From: Octopus vulgaris
Taxonomy: Eukaryota
Direction: 5' to 3'
Assembly (NCBI GenBank): GCA_951406725.2
Contig: OX597823.1
Location: 60,574,001-60,638,000, forward strand
Length of the DNA stretch: 64,000 bases
A model generated the notes under the pieces. That model saw only the letters and a program-made list of their open reading frames with translations, did no database searches and was not told the origin of the DNA. Made by a program: the position numbers and the translations under genes. Each line of letters opens with the position of its first letter. The first letter of the stretch is position 1. Shown here piece by piece: positions 40,204-52,485 of this stretch.

Positions 40204-40241
40204 TCTTTCTGTTGAAGAGCGTAGGCTCGAAATGTTAAAGA
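40204..40241 (+). ncRNA. Minimal hammerhead-like fold with a variant core (CUGUUGAA)
   Basis: Stem I TCTTT/AAAGA; CTGTTGAA; stem II GAGC-gtag-GCTC; GAAA; TGTT. Lies inside a ~200 bp element between (TA)n tracts. Confidence 0.65.
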
Positions 40242-40491
40242 CTTGTTTTACTTATATTTCCTGAGCGCCATACTAATACAATTGTTTGTTTGTATTCCAC
40301 CTGCCTTCGTCTTTGTTTATTTCCGTAAACCTGCCTTCGTCTTTTGTCTATTTTCATAAAGCTTCCCGTTATATATATATATAATGATATATAATGAAAA
40401 TGTTCCGTTCGAAACGTGTTTATTATTTAATGAATCCGATTTGATTACACTTTGAACGATGATCTTATTTTAACTCCATTCACATCTATAA

Positions 40492-41369
40492 CAAGGTTGC
40501 CTGTTCTAACCTTAAAAAAAAAAAACAGTTTCAATAACTGCAAGACTAAATAAAAGAGAAACTACCAAAGAAAAAAGAAAAGCACCTAAGCAAGATAATC
40601 ATGTAAATAGGTGTAAATATCAAAAGATTTATATTCAAAATTTCAATTCAAATTAAATTAAAACGAAATTAACATAATTTTATTTTTACTTCATAATATT
40701 TTCGAAGATTTCCCGATCAGTCTCTTTTGATGTAGAAGCTGCAATTTCAACATGATTTATAAGCATCCATAGATCCAATTTTCTTTAACAATAGTTCTCA
40801 AAGTTGTTTATAATCATAACATTTGTCACTTCGTTCAAGTCGATATTTGACGTTCAAAATTTCGCTTAATGTTTCTATGCTTAAATGGTTATGATCTTTT
40901 GGTGTGATAAAAATTTATATGTTCAAATACTTTCTCTCTCCACATCAGCATTTGTAAGTGGTAAAATGAAATTTGCAGATGGATTTTATCCACTCGAATC
41001 CCTATACATTAGCCCAGAAGGAAACCGTGTCTGAAACTTGAGTCAATCGTATTTTAAAAGATTTTCAATTAAACACCGAAAATAGGAAACTGAAAATTTA
41101 AAAAGTAAATATATTGAAATAGCCATATAAATAATAAATAGCAAGAATACCCTGCTGCTTAATATGTGTCTCACAACAGCAGATACTAGGTGTGCAATCG
41201 AAGAGGCGTGGGGCTTAAATGTAGAAAAAGAAAATTCTGAATTAAATTCTGATTTCACTTTAACGAAAAAACACTAAAATTACGTGGTGCGTAACTTAAT
41301 GGATTTTCGCACTGAAAATAGTAAAACTGCACTAATTTTAGCACAAAAAGCACTAAATTGGCAACACTG
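40492..41369 (-). mobile_element. Internally deleted hAT transposon with a dimerisation-domain relic
   Basis: Minus-strand FILPLTNADVER...KDHNHLSIETLSEILNVKYRL. Ends CAGTGTTGCC / CAAGGTTGCC. 8 bp flanks ATCTATAA and ACCTAAAA match at 6/8. Confidence 0.75.
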
Positions 41370-42576
41370 ACCTAAAATGTTTTATAGCAATATACTTTAC
41401 GATAGAGTACGTCTGTCCACTACTCAGGTTTAACTTGCAAGCTGACAGGTGAATATGGGAAGATAGTACTTGGTTGTGATCCAAGAGTTTACAGGCTTAT
41501 AAAAAGTGAGCTGTTTCAGTTACATGTAACCATTAGTCAATCTCTGACTGCGACGAATCGTCAGAGTCAAATAAAAAAAAAAATCTTTGCGCATTTCATT
41601 TGTAACTTTATGTCCTGAGTTCAACTCCCACTGTGGTCAACTTTGTCTTTTCATCCCTATGAAGTTGATAAAATACAGCACCAACCAAGAACCTGGGTTG
41701 ATAATATCAACAAGGTCCCCAGCTTCTTATGCCGTTGATGTTAGTATGTTGTGTCCTTTCCAGCGGCCATTTTATGTTCTCATAATCTTTCATGATCTAC
41801 TTACTATAAGAGCAGCAGAGAAACCTCTAAATAAATAAAGTATCATTTTGGAGTGTTGACAACCTAATAAACACCAGTGATATATTTTCACAGAGAATAA
41901 CTTATTTGAACGTTATTATTCATAAATTTATTTGCTTCGAAATTCACCGTTCCTAAAAAGAATTATTACAAGTACATATTTTTTACAATTGTAGCGTTTG
42001 TTATAAACAAAGACTTCGTGTTGGTTTATATGCAACATTTATTGCAATATTTTTTTACAACGTTTCATGAAAATACAGACAGCGTCAATTTTATGTGGGC
42101 ATCATATTTTACAGATGTTGAAGGTCTTCACATATAATTAATGATTAAGTTGATCTTTCACATTGCTGCAAAAACGCTTGACTGCATTCACTTTTTTCAT
42201 CCATCTCCGAGTAATATAGAGCAATGAAAACAGCTATTAGGAAAATCGCGCTGGTTTGAGTATGAAACTGTGAAACAGCTATGACAAAGACAGAGGAATT
42301 TACAGGGTACCGTAACGAAACAGGGTCTCAATTCCCCCTGCTTATCATGCCCAAAATGGCTGCTTATAACGCTGTCGCTGAATGAATATTCTGGCATTTT
42401 TCACGAGAACAATGAGTCCTGATCAGCTGACATTGGATTCTGCACATATGATAAACTCGTGATTTACTTGTGATCGAAAAATGGGCGTTGGAAAAACAAC
42501 TGCCATAAAATGATTTAGGTAGAATGCTTTTGTTTAGAGCCAGATCAGCTCTAATCGTGCTAACTTGGGATCAAAG

Positions 42577-43001
42577 GGATCTTTTCGGTTTGACCGACAG
42601 TTTTAAAAATAATTTCCACGTAACTAAGCACTTTTAAACTGCGTATACTGGTAGAATGTGTTTATAAAACATCTTTTTCTCTTGGCTTTATTGAGAAAAT
42701 TCTATAGTTTGTAAGATATTTGTTTTTTTCTTCAATTTCTGCAATTTCAACCAATCAATGACGTCTATTGAGGTGAAAACATTCTGTGCCGTATGAATAT
42801 GTCCCTCGTTTAAGAAACAGATTGGGTTTATTTACATTTCTAAAGAAAAAAAAGATACTCTTCCCCCCACCCCTAACCCTAACTCTAACCCTAACCCTAA
42901 AACAGACTGAAATGCGATAGATCGATACTAAGGTCATAATTATGAGTGACAATTTCATATGACACCGCTAGAAAAATTTGCCGTTCAAACCGAAAAGATC
43001 T
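42577..43001. mobile_element. MITE with GGATCTTTTCGGTTTGA TIRs, an 8 bp TSD and internal (CCCTAA)n
   Basis: TSD GATCAAAG at 42569-42576 and 43002-43009; ~22 bp TIR; telomere-type hexamers at 42871-42900. Confidence 0.88.
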
Positions 43002-43589
43002 GATCAAAGTTGTTCCGGAGTGAAAATGTATTTTAATCTTCAGCACACTAAGAACCACGTCATCCAATATGTCCATTTTTTTTTATGTCATTACAACGTA
43101 AGATTAAAACCTTTGGGCATTTATTCCTGCTGTCCGAGCTCCTAGATCAACCGTGACACTCAGCCTTTCGGTGTTGATAAAATAAAATAATAGTCCCAAA
43201 CAGTTTGTTGGCAGAATAATTTGAACAAGACGAGATAGATGCTGTGTGAGATTTGTTCTAACTCTTTACGCTCTGAGTTCTTGGGTAGCAGACTTAATCT
43301 GTCTCTCAGTTCAACACTACGGCAGTTGTTTCAACTCCATTTTCTATCACGTGTAAATCATGTTTATCATGCGTACAGACTCTGTTTCAGTCGATCAGAA
43401 CTTTTTGTTCAAGTGGTAATCTCTAGAACCTTCCTTCAACAAAGGCCTTAAACACAGCGGCTTTTTAACGCAAAAATCAGAGGGAATTTGGATTTCGTTG
43501 AATTGGTCTCGGGTGAATTCTCTCACATGGCTATTTTTCGTAGTCTCATATACTAAACCAGTACGATCCTCTTAATAGCTGTTTTCATA

Positions 43590-43885
43590 TCTCCAGACCC
43601 AACCCAGATATGAATAAAGAATCAACGTAAAAATACACCGCCGATAGTTGTTGTTGACAAACAACGGCAGTAATTTTATTCAGCTGAATACACGTCATTG
43701 ATTGGTTGAAATTACCGAAATACGAGAACTTTAACGTGAAATAACTTCGTAAATATAAGTTTTTCTCAAAAATGCTAAGAGTAAAAGATGTTCTATACGA
43801 CACATTCTACCAGTGTCCGAAGTTTGAAAGTGTTTAGTTACAAAAAATTATTTTTTAAATCTGTTGGTCAAAATGTAAAGATCCA
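43590..43885 (-). mobile_element. Relative of the 42577 MITE, opposite orientation
   Basis: Shares CTGGTAGAATGTG and TTTCAACCAATCAATGACGT blocks; ends AAAGATCC. Confidence 0.7.
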
Positions 43886-43959
43886 ACGTCTGAGCTAGAT
43901 ATCTGGTTTGAGAATGAACCCCTTCCTCCTGCCAATCTCAAAAGCCCTGACTAAACATT

Positions 43960-44156
43960 AATAATCCTTTCTACTATAGGTACAAGACCCGATTACATCG
44001 ACCCCAGAGCTCAGCTGATCCTTATTTTATCGACGCCGAAGTAATAAAAGGCAAAGTCGAACTTGGCGGAATTTGATCTCGGAACACATAGGTAGACGAA
44101 ATGCCACAAAACATTTTGCTCGGCGTGCAAACGATTCTGTCAGCTGACTGTTTTAG
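43960..44156 (-). mobile_element. SINE family B
   Basis: Family B motifs with CpGs retained. Confidence 0.8.
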
Positions 44157-44249
44157 GCTGATTAAACAATTATCAACTTTATGATATCTTTTTTGTTGCT
44201 GTCACAGTTTTCTATTATATAAAATTTTGTTGCAATTTGGTATACTACT

Positions 44250-44540
44250 GTGAAGGCACGTGGTTAGGGTATTCGGCTCACGATTATGAGAGTGCGTTGT
44301 GTCCATGGTAGTGCGTTGTGTCCATGGTAGTGCGTTGTGTCCATAGTAGTGCGTTGTGTCCATGAGCAAGGCATTTTATTTCATGTTGTTCCAGTCCACT
44401 CAGCTGACAAAAACGAGTCGTACCTGTATTTCAAAAAGCCAGCCTTGTCACATTCTGTGTCACGCTGAATCTCCCTGGCAACTAAGCTAAGAGTACACGT
44501 GTCTGTGGAGTGCCCAGCCACTTCCACGTTAATTTCACTG
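44250..44540 (+). mobile_element. SINE family D with an internal 19 bp x4 minisatellite (44291-44364)
   Basis: GTGAAGGCACGTGG head, then AGTGCGTTGTGTCCATGGT x4, then the CORE-like domain. Confidence 0.8.
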
Positions 44541-44716
44541 ACGTACTTTTGTATGCTAATAACGAAAAGTAAATTCATTTTTGCCATAAATTTATAAATA
44601 AAAAGTTAATAGCTTTTAAAGTTTGCAAATTTTGGGTAATTTTAGCCAATCGAAAGCCACAGACATATTGGTGACTATTTCCATATTAGCAAACGAAGTT
44701 GTAGTCTACTTAAATC

Positions 44717-44845
44717 CACTAGCGAAGGGACGGCCCTTCCGTTTTCCGCCCCTGGACCCTTCAAAAAACATATTGCCTACAGCAGGCCCAAAAGTGCCGC
44801 CCGGGGCGGACCGCCCTTACTGCTTTCCCCCTAGCTACGCTAGTG
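44717..44845. mobile_element. GC-rich hAT-type MITE, 129 bp
   Basis: TIR CACTAGCG/CGCTAGTG; 8 bp TSD CTTAAATC / TTTAAATC. Confidence 0.8.
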
Positions 44846-45300
44846 TTTAAATCTATCACTGCTATGTGTATTTCCTTTACCAGTATATTTACATTGGCGG
44901 GTGCCTATTTCTCAAACTTACATTTTTAAATTTTCTTGCAAAAAAAAAAAAAATGTATCAATTGCTTACGTGGACTGAACTTTTACTGCAGTATAACGTA
45001 CAATTTTTCTTTCTGAAAATTTTCGCCAAAAAATTTCATCAGGGACTTTTCCTTTTCAAAACGATGATAGTGGTGGAAATTTTCAAAAGGACGCAAGAGA
45101 GGAGGTACCGGATGTTTAAAGGGATCGAGTTTTTTTTCTTAGAAATACAATATTTAAACGAGCGAAGTTTCGAAGCAGCAGTCACCTTATGGGGAAGGAA
45201 AAGGGCAAGAAACAGGTTGTGATAGTGGAGTGTTGTTTTACCCTTCGTTTTTAAAAACTGTCCTTGTGTTTCATACAACGGAAATTACGATTCTGAGAGA

Positions 45301-48300
45301 ATTTGTATCTTTTCAGTTTCGCTCACAGATTTTTTAATCATTATTTTTTTTTTAGCAGAACAGTTTGAAACTTCGTGTACTGGAGTAATTTCTCATGCTG
45401 AACACGGTTTACTTTTAACATTCTTGACAAAATTTCGTATTTTAGAAGTTATTTCGTGTCAAAGTTGTCGCATTTGGTAATTTTAACCAATCAATGACAT
45501 ATATTCAGCTGATGAAAGCTACTGCTATTTGCGATAGTAATCGAAGGACAACAACTTTCGGGTCATCTCTGCTAAATGTCACCATTCTGTTCCGTTTAAT
45601 TTTTGTTTACTGCCTGTACTGCATATTACACACTTTTTTTATATATATTTTCAGTCGTCTCTTTACTCTTTACTATTTTACTTGTTTCAGTCATTTGACT
45701 GCGGCCATATTGGAGCACCGCCTTTAGTCGAGCAAATCGACCCCATAACTTATTCTTTGTAAGCCTAGTACTTATTCTATCGGTTTCTTTTGCCGAACAG
45801 CTAAGTTACGGGGACGTAAACACACCAGCATTGGTTGTCAAGCGATGTTGGGGGGACAAACGCAGACACACGAACACACACACATATATATATATACGCA
45901 TACATATATACGATGAGCTTCTTTCAGCTTCCATCTACCAAATCCATTCACAAGGCTTTGGTCGGCCCGAGGCTATGGTAGAAGACAATTGCCCAAGGTT
46001 CCACGCAGTGGGACTGAACCCGGAACCATGTGGCTGGTAAGCAAGCTACTTGTACATTTGTATTTTCACCATTCGTACAAAGAGGCGACCGAAAAGCAAA
46101 AATAAATGTAATCGATTATCCCCTTTCACAACATTTCAAACTTTATAATAGTGTAGCAAAACTCAAGTCTTGCTACTGTAGAAAGAGTTATATAAGTCCT
46201 CACCCCAACTTTTTTTTTCAGAAATTTCCGTAGAAATTTAACTTGGGAACCATTGATCCACGCATATATTTGAAAAGAAGTGCATGCTAGAGTGAGTACT
46301 TTAAGAGAATATGAATTATAGGCCAATATAAAATCACCTTTAGGGCAATGACACAGCATGGTTGCGGTCCAATGACTGAAACAGTTTGTAAGAACGACCT
46401 TGCGAAAGGAGATGTGACGAATGAATGACTCCTTTGATAAACCACACAGTCGCTTAATTTTGTATCTTTTCAGTTTCGCTCACAGATTTTTTAATCATTA
46501 TTTTTTTTTTTAGCAGAACAGTTTGAAACTTCGTGTACTAGAGTAATTTCTCATGCTGAACACGGTTTACTTTTAACATTCTTGACAAAATTTCGTATTT
46601 TAGAAGTTATTTCGTGTCAAAGTTGTTGCATTTGGTAATTTTAACCAATCAATGACATGTATTCAGCTGATGAAAGCTACTGCTATTTGCGATAGTAATC
46701 GAAGAACAACAACTTTCGGGTCATCTCTGCTAAATGTCACCATTCTGTTCCGTTTAATTTTTGTTTACTGCCTGTACTGCATATTACACACTTTTTTTAT
46801 ATATATTTTCAGTCGTCTCTTTACTCTTTACTATTTTACTTGTTTCAGTCATTTGACTGCGGCCATATTGGAGCACCGCCTTTAGTCGAGCAAATCGACC
46901 CCAGAACTTATTCTTTGTAAGCCTAGTACTTATTCTATCGGTCTCTTTTGCCGAACCGCTAAGTTACGGGGACATAAACACACCAGCATTGGTTGTCAAG
47001 CGATGTTGGGGGGACAAACGCAGATACACGAACACACACACATATATATATATACGCATACATATATACGATGAGCTTCTTTCAGCTTCCGTCTACCAAA
47101 TCCATTCACAAGGCTTTGGTCGGCCCGAGGCTATGGTAGAAGACAATTGCCCAAGGTTCCACGCAGTGGGACTGAACCCGGAACCATGTGGTTGGTAAGC
47201 AAGCTACTTGTACATTTGTATTTTCACCATTCGTACAAAGAGGTGATCGAAAAGCAAAAATAAATGTAATCGATTATCCCCTTTCACAAAATTTCAAACT
47301 TTATAATAGTGTAGCAAAACTCAAGTCTTGCTACTGTAGAAAGAGTTATATAAGTCCTCACCCCAACTTTTTTTTTTCAGAAATTTCCGTAGAAATTTAA
47401 CTTGGGAACCATTGATCCACGCATATATTTGAAAAGAAGTGCATGCTAGAGTGAGTACTTTAAGAGAATATGAATTATAGGCCAATATAAAATCACCTTG
47501 AGGGCAATGACACAGCATGGTTGCGGTCCAATGACTGAAACAGTTTGTAAGAACGACCTTGCGAAAGGAGATGTGACGAATGAATGACTCCTTTGATAAA
47601 CCACACAGTCGCTTAATTTGTATCTTTTCAGTTTCGCTCACAGATTTTTTAATCATTATTTTTTTTTAGCAGAACAGTTTGAAACTTCGTGTACTGGAGT
47701 AATTTCTCATGCTGAACACGGTTTACTTTTAACATTTTTGACAAAATTTCGTATTTTAGAAGTTATTTCGTGTTAAAGTTGTCGCATTTGGTAATTTTAA
47801 CCAATCAATGACATGTATTCAGCTGATGAAAGCTACTGCTATTTGCGATGGTAATCGAAGAACAACAACTTTCGGGTCATCGCTGCTAAATGTCACCAAT
47901 TCTGTTCCGTTTAATTTTTGCTTACTGCCTGTACTGCATATTACACGCTTTTTTAAATATATTTATCGGTCGTCTCGTTACTCTTTGCTATTTTACTTGT
48001 TTCAGTCATTTGACAGCGGTCATACTGGAGCACCGCCTTTAGTCGAGCAAATCGACACAAGAACATATTCTTTGTAAGCCTAGTACTTATTCTATCGGTC
48101 TCTTTTGCCGAACCGCTAAGTTACGGGGACGTAAACACACCAGCATCGGTTGTCAAGCGATGTAAGTGGACAAACGCAGACACACAAACACACACTTATA
48201 TATATATATATACATACATATATACGATGGGCTTCTTTCAGCTTCTGTCTACCAAATTCATTCACAAGGCTTTGATCGCCCCGAGGCTATGGTAGAAGAC

Positions 48301-48770
48301 TTTTGCTCAAGGTGCCACGCAGTGGGACTGAACCCGGAACCATGTGGTTGGTAAGCAAGCTACTTGTACATTTGTATTTTCACCATTCGTACAAAGAGGT
48401 GATCGAAAAGCAAAAATAAATGTAATCGATTATCCCCTTTCGCAAAATTTCAAGCTTTATAATAGTGTAGCAAAACTCAAGTCTTGCTACTGTAGAAAGA
48501 GTTATATAAGTCCTCACCCCCACTTTTTTTTTCAGAAATTTCCGTAGAAATTTAACTTGGGAACCATTGATCCACGCATATATTTGAAAAGAAGTGCATG
48601 CTAGAGTGAGTACTTTAAGAGAATATGAATTATAGGCCAATATAAAATCACCTTTAGGGCAATGACACAGCATGGTTGCGGTCCAATGACTGAAACAGTT
48701 TGTAAGAACGACCGTGCGAAAGGAGATGTGACGAATGAATGACTCCTTTGATAAACCGCACAGTCGCTTA
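45301..48770 (+). repeat. Tandem array, 3 copies of a ~1157 bp composite unit
   Basis: TGTATCTTTTCAGTTTCGC at 45304, 46461 and 47619. Unit = MITE fragment + SINE A(-) + unique DNA + SINE A tail. The ORF track repeats three times. Confidence 0.97.
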
Positions 48771-48840
48771 CAATAAAAGCAAAAATGGATAAATGAGTAA
48801 GAGTGCCAGAAGGAAAAGAAAAGACGACACTACCCCAGAA

Positions 48841-49648
48841 TGTTAAGAGAAAGGTCTTATTTATGTGTAAGCAGAGTGTGTCTGTGTGTGCGACATAAGT
48901 ACATATATAATAATAATAGGCAGGCCGTCATGCATACATAATGTGTATGTGTGTACAAACAAGGGTGTATGCGTGTGAGATAAATACAGAGCACAGAAAG
49001 AGTCTATAACAGGACGTTAGAAGAATGTTCTCGCACAATGAAGATAAATTCCAGTTCGTAGTAAGGTACACAATAGTTGAAGAGCTCTAATAAGAAGTTG
49101 TAGAAGCAGAGCCGGTTGAAGCACGTGTCGTGTAAGAAGTTCTGGCTACTATGCCGCTGTCGGTTACTTGATACAGGAAGATCTCGCAGGTTGTACTTGC
49201 TGTTAACCAGGGTGAAGTAATTCACAAACAGTGATGAGTTAAACCGGAGCGAATGTTGTTGCTGTGTACGTAGAGATATGGTTGGTGTCGTTAAGAAGAC
49301 GGAGGCGACAGAGATGGAGGTCTTGATGCTGCTGGTGTTGTCTGTCGCTGAAACTGGCTGTGCGCTCTTTGGTCAGTGGTTAGACCTTAGAAGGTCTAGA
49401 ACCAAAGACGAAATACGGTTGTTGTAACTAGATTTTATAGGGACTAGGAGGTTCCAACGGAGATTTAGAAGACTGTGTCACGGGACCTTATCAGAAGGCT
49501 GCGATTGGTTGGGTTGCACATTGGCGCGTAATAGAGCAATAGACAAATTGCGCCAATACTAACCAATCAGAGTAGTGGACACAGCAGGGTCCAAGCGGCC
49601 GAAGGCTAGGTGTTATCTGTTACGTACGTATCTATGTTAGATATAACA
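48841..49648 (-). mobile_element. Probable solo LTR (808 bp)
   Basis: TGTTA...TAACA termini; 5 bp flanks CAGAA / GAGAA; CCAAT cluster at 49504-49567; minus-strand TATAAAA at 49433-49439; GC-richer than the flanks. Confidence 0.65.
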
Positions 49649-49725
49649 GAGAAAGAGAGAATTTCACTAAGCGTACGCTACAAGTTAAAAGATAAAAGAC
49701 AAGAAAATAACTCTCAAAGGAAAGT

Positions 49726-49788
<63 letters not shown>

Positions 49789-50091
49789 GATCTTCTATAC
49801 TCAACAAAGCCAAAACGAGTGAGAAGGATCATACATGTTTCCTTTTCCTCACGGCAACACCAACAAATTTCCATCTTTGAACCGTTTATTTCTACTTTAA
49901 ACGATTAACTTCCTTTTTGCACTCCAAACCTGCAGCTTTTGCAGTCGTGTTCTGGCTATTTGCTTTTTCTATACATTTAAAAAAGAAAAAAACCGAAAAA
50001 AAAAAACCTACAAGAAGATAAATCAAATTTCGATCACTCTGATTCATCAACCGATAAACACTTACAAAAATAAGGAAAAAAAAACTTTGCT

Positions 50092-50791
50092 ATTCAGAAG
50101 GCCGTAAAGGAGATGAAACTTTGAATGCCAGCTGAAGGAAATTGTGACCAGAAGCAATCCACGACGATAACGGATTCTCTGCTGACGAAATATACTACTC
50201 TGCTGTAGATAAGGCTGTGAAGCTGGCAACATTGCTAGGAGGAGATGGCTTCACCAATATGACTACCGAGGACGTTAATAACCTGATCGAGGCCCACTCA
50301 GATCCGTTAACGGATGAAGATCTGACGGAGATGACGAAGTCAGCAAGTGAGAAAGAAGAAGAAAAAGAAAAGGATCCAGGAGGGAAAAAGAAGTCGGCCT
50401 ATTACTAGAACGCCTCTCAACTCTCGCAAAAACGGTAAAAGAACTTCAGAGGATGGCGGAAGATTGGGACCCCAGATGATTTATGCGTTGCAGTTCAGAA
50501 ATGCAATCGATGGAGCCATGGGAGTTTATAAAAACCTTACACGGACGAAAAGGCAGCGCCAGCAACCGTCCATCACTGTGATTTTTCACCTGCAAAAAAA
50601 AAAACGAGAAGACACGAGTGCTCCTAAGAGTGTGGTGGAGAGTTTATAAAAGCTTAAATATATAAAAATAATGAAATAAATACATACAAATTATAAAAAT
50701 AATAAAAAGAAAATACACAGTACTGTGCTGTTTCTACTTCGCGGATTTTCACCTTTGGAACGTAACACCCGCGATAGACGAAGGATTACTG
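50092..50791 (+). mobile_element. 3' fragment of a Tigger/pogo-type transposon
   Basis: IQKAVKEMK..LNAS*RKL*PEAIHD...LGGDGFTNMTTEDVNNLIEAHSDPLTDEDL (TIGD1-like C-terminus). Right TIR CGAAGGATTACTG|TA. Confidence 0.88.
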
Positions 50792-51461
50792 TAAATGACT
50801 GACTTAGTTTTTTTGTTTCTTTGTCTTACTTTGCTTAAAGAATTGAACAAAAGGTCTTTTCTTTTCACATATTAGTGATGCCATCATATTTAAATTATTT
50901 ACAAATCATGTACTGTCAGTTAATAACTGGTTTAAAATACATGTTTTATTTTGTTTATGGCAGTTAAATGAAATATGACTTTTTTTTAGTGACTATTTCC
51001 AAGATAAAATTTTTGTCATTCTTTTCTGTGATTTTTTGTTCTGGACACCATGGACGAATTGATGGTCTTTCGGTCTGTAATCTATGTTTAAAATACGAGT
51101 AAGCCACGCTAGAAACACTGCTATCAATGCGATAATTTAGCGAACATATAGAAAAGTACGGTATGTTGGCGCTTGTACAGTTGATGTGATCAAATAGGGG
51201 TCGGATAAAATGAAACTGGATTGAGGGCATCGAGCGCTGTTAGCGGCACAACAACGTAAAAATTTCAACCAAGTTGTGACATAATAACAGGATCTTCAAC
51301 TCATAGAATTCCAGACCTCAGAAGTGTATGTCATACAATAAAGGGTACTATAATTGCTAAAATCTACAAACGACTAGCAGAAATATGTGAGGTACATAAG
51401 CCATCGTTTCTTTATCAGCTTCTTTAACGAACTTACGACGAGTTAACACGATTATATTTAA

Positions 51462-52248
51462 CTGGCAGTATCGCCCGGCGTTGCTCGGGTTTGTAAGGGA
51501 AATAACTTTATAAGCTTGTTTGGAAATGTAAAGTATAATAGCCGTCTCAATATGGCTAACCACAAAGGGGGGGGGTTACTGTAGCTTTTTACGTTCTGAG
51601 ATTTAATAATAAATTTTTAGAGAGTTACTTCCCTTATATATTCCAAAAAATGCATTAAAAATGAGAAAAATTGATGGTAATTTTTTTTTGAAATCGTAGA
51701 CTCATCGTAGACGCGCGCTAATACCCAAAAGGGCCCGATATGAATCACGACTATAAGATACCTGGTTTTGGTTAAACTGCACCGCAAAATGTGGGAGTAG
51801 TTAAGAATCTAAATCGTTGGAGACAGACAGCACACAACCTCTCTTTTATATATAAAGACTAGCAGTATCGCCCGACGTTGCTCGGGTTTGTAAGGGAAAT
51901 AACTATATAAGCATTTTTAGAGATGTAAAGTATAATAGCCATCTCAATATGGCTAACCACAAGGGGGGTTACTGTAGCTTTTTACATTCTGAGATTTACT
52001 AATAAATTTTTAGAGAGTTACTTCCCTTATATATGCCAAAAATGCATTAAAAATGGGAAAAATTGATGGTAAATTTTTTTAAATCGTAGACTCATCGTAG
52101 ACGCGCGCTAATACCCAGAAGGGCTCGATATGATTCACGGCTATAAGATACCCGGTTTTGGTTAAACTGCACCGCAAAATATGGGAGTAGTTAGGAATCT
52201 AAATCGTAGGAGACAGACAGCACACAACCTCACTTTTATATATCAAGA
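51462..52248 (-). mobile_element. Head-to-tail dimer of a ~395 bp non-autonomous Helitron (51462-51858, 51859-52248)
   Basis: Minus strand: A|TC... hairpin CCCG-AGCAACGY-CGGG ...CTAG|TC... ...CCAG|T. Exact junction with no spacer and no TSD. Confidence 0.88.
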
Positions 52249-52250
52249 TG

Positions 52251-52485
52251 AAGGCGGCGAGCTGGCAGAAACGTTAGCACGTCGGGCGAAATGCGTAGCC
52301 GTATTTCGTCTGCCGTTAAGTGTTCTGGGTTCAAATTCCGCCGAGGTCGACTTTGCCTTTCATCCTTTCGGGGTCGATAAATTAAGTACCAGTTACGCAC
52401 TGGGGTCGATGTAATCGACTTAATCCCTTTGTCTGTCCTTGTTTGTCCCCTCTATGTTTAGCCCCTTGTGGGTAGTAAAGAAATA
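52251..52485 (+). mobile_element. Young full-length SINE family B with a ~15 bp TSD
   Basis: AAGGCGGCGAGCTGGCAGAAACGTTAG...GGTTCAAATTCC. Flanks TATATATCAAGATGA / TATATATAAAGATGA. Confidence 0.92.

Noticed and set aside
42272-42285. GAAACAGCTATGAC, a 14 nt match to the M13 reverse primer
   Set aside because: The flanks do not continue into lacZ/vector sequence; chance match.
42871-42900. (CCCTAA)n as a telomere or fusion scar
   Set aside because: Only about five units, internal to a TIR element with a TSD.
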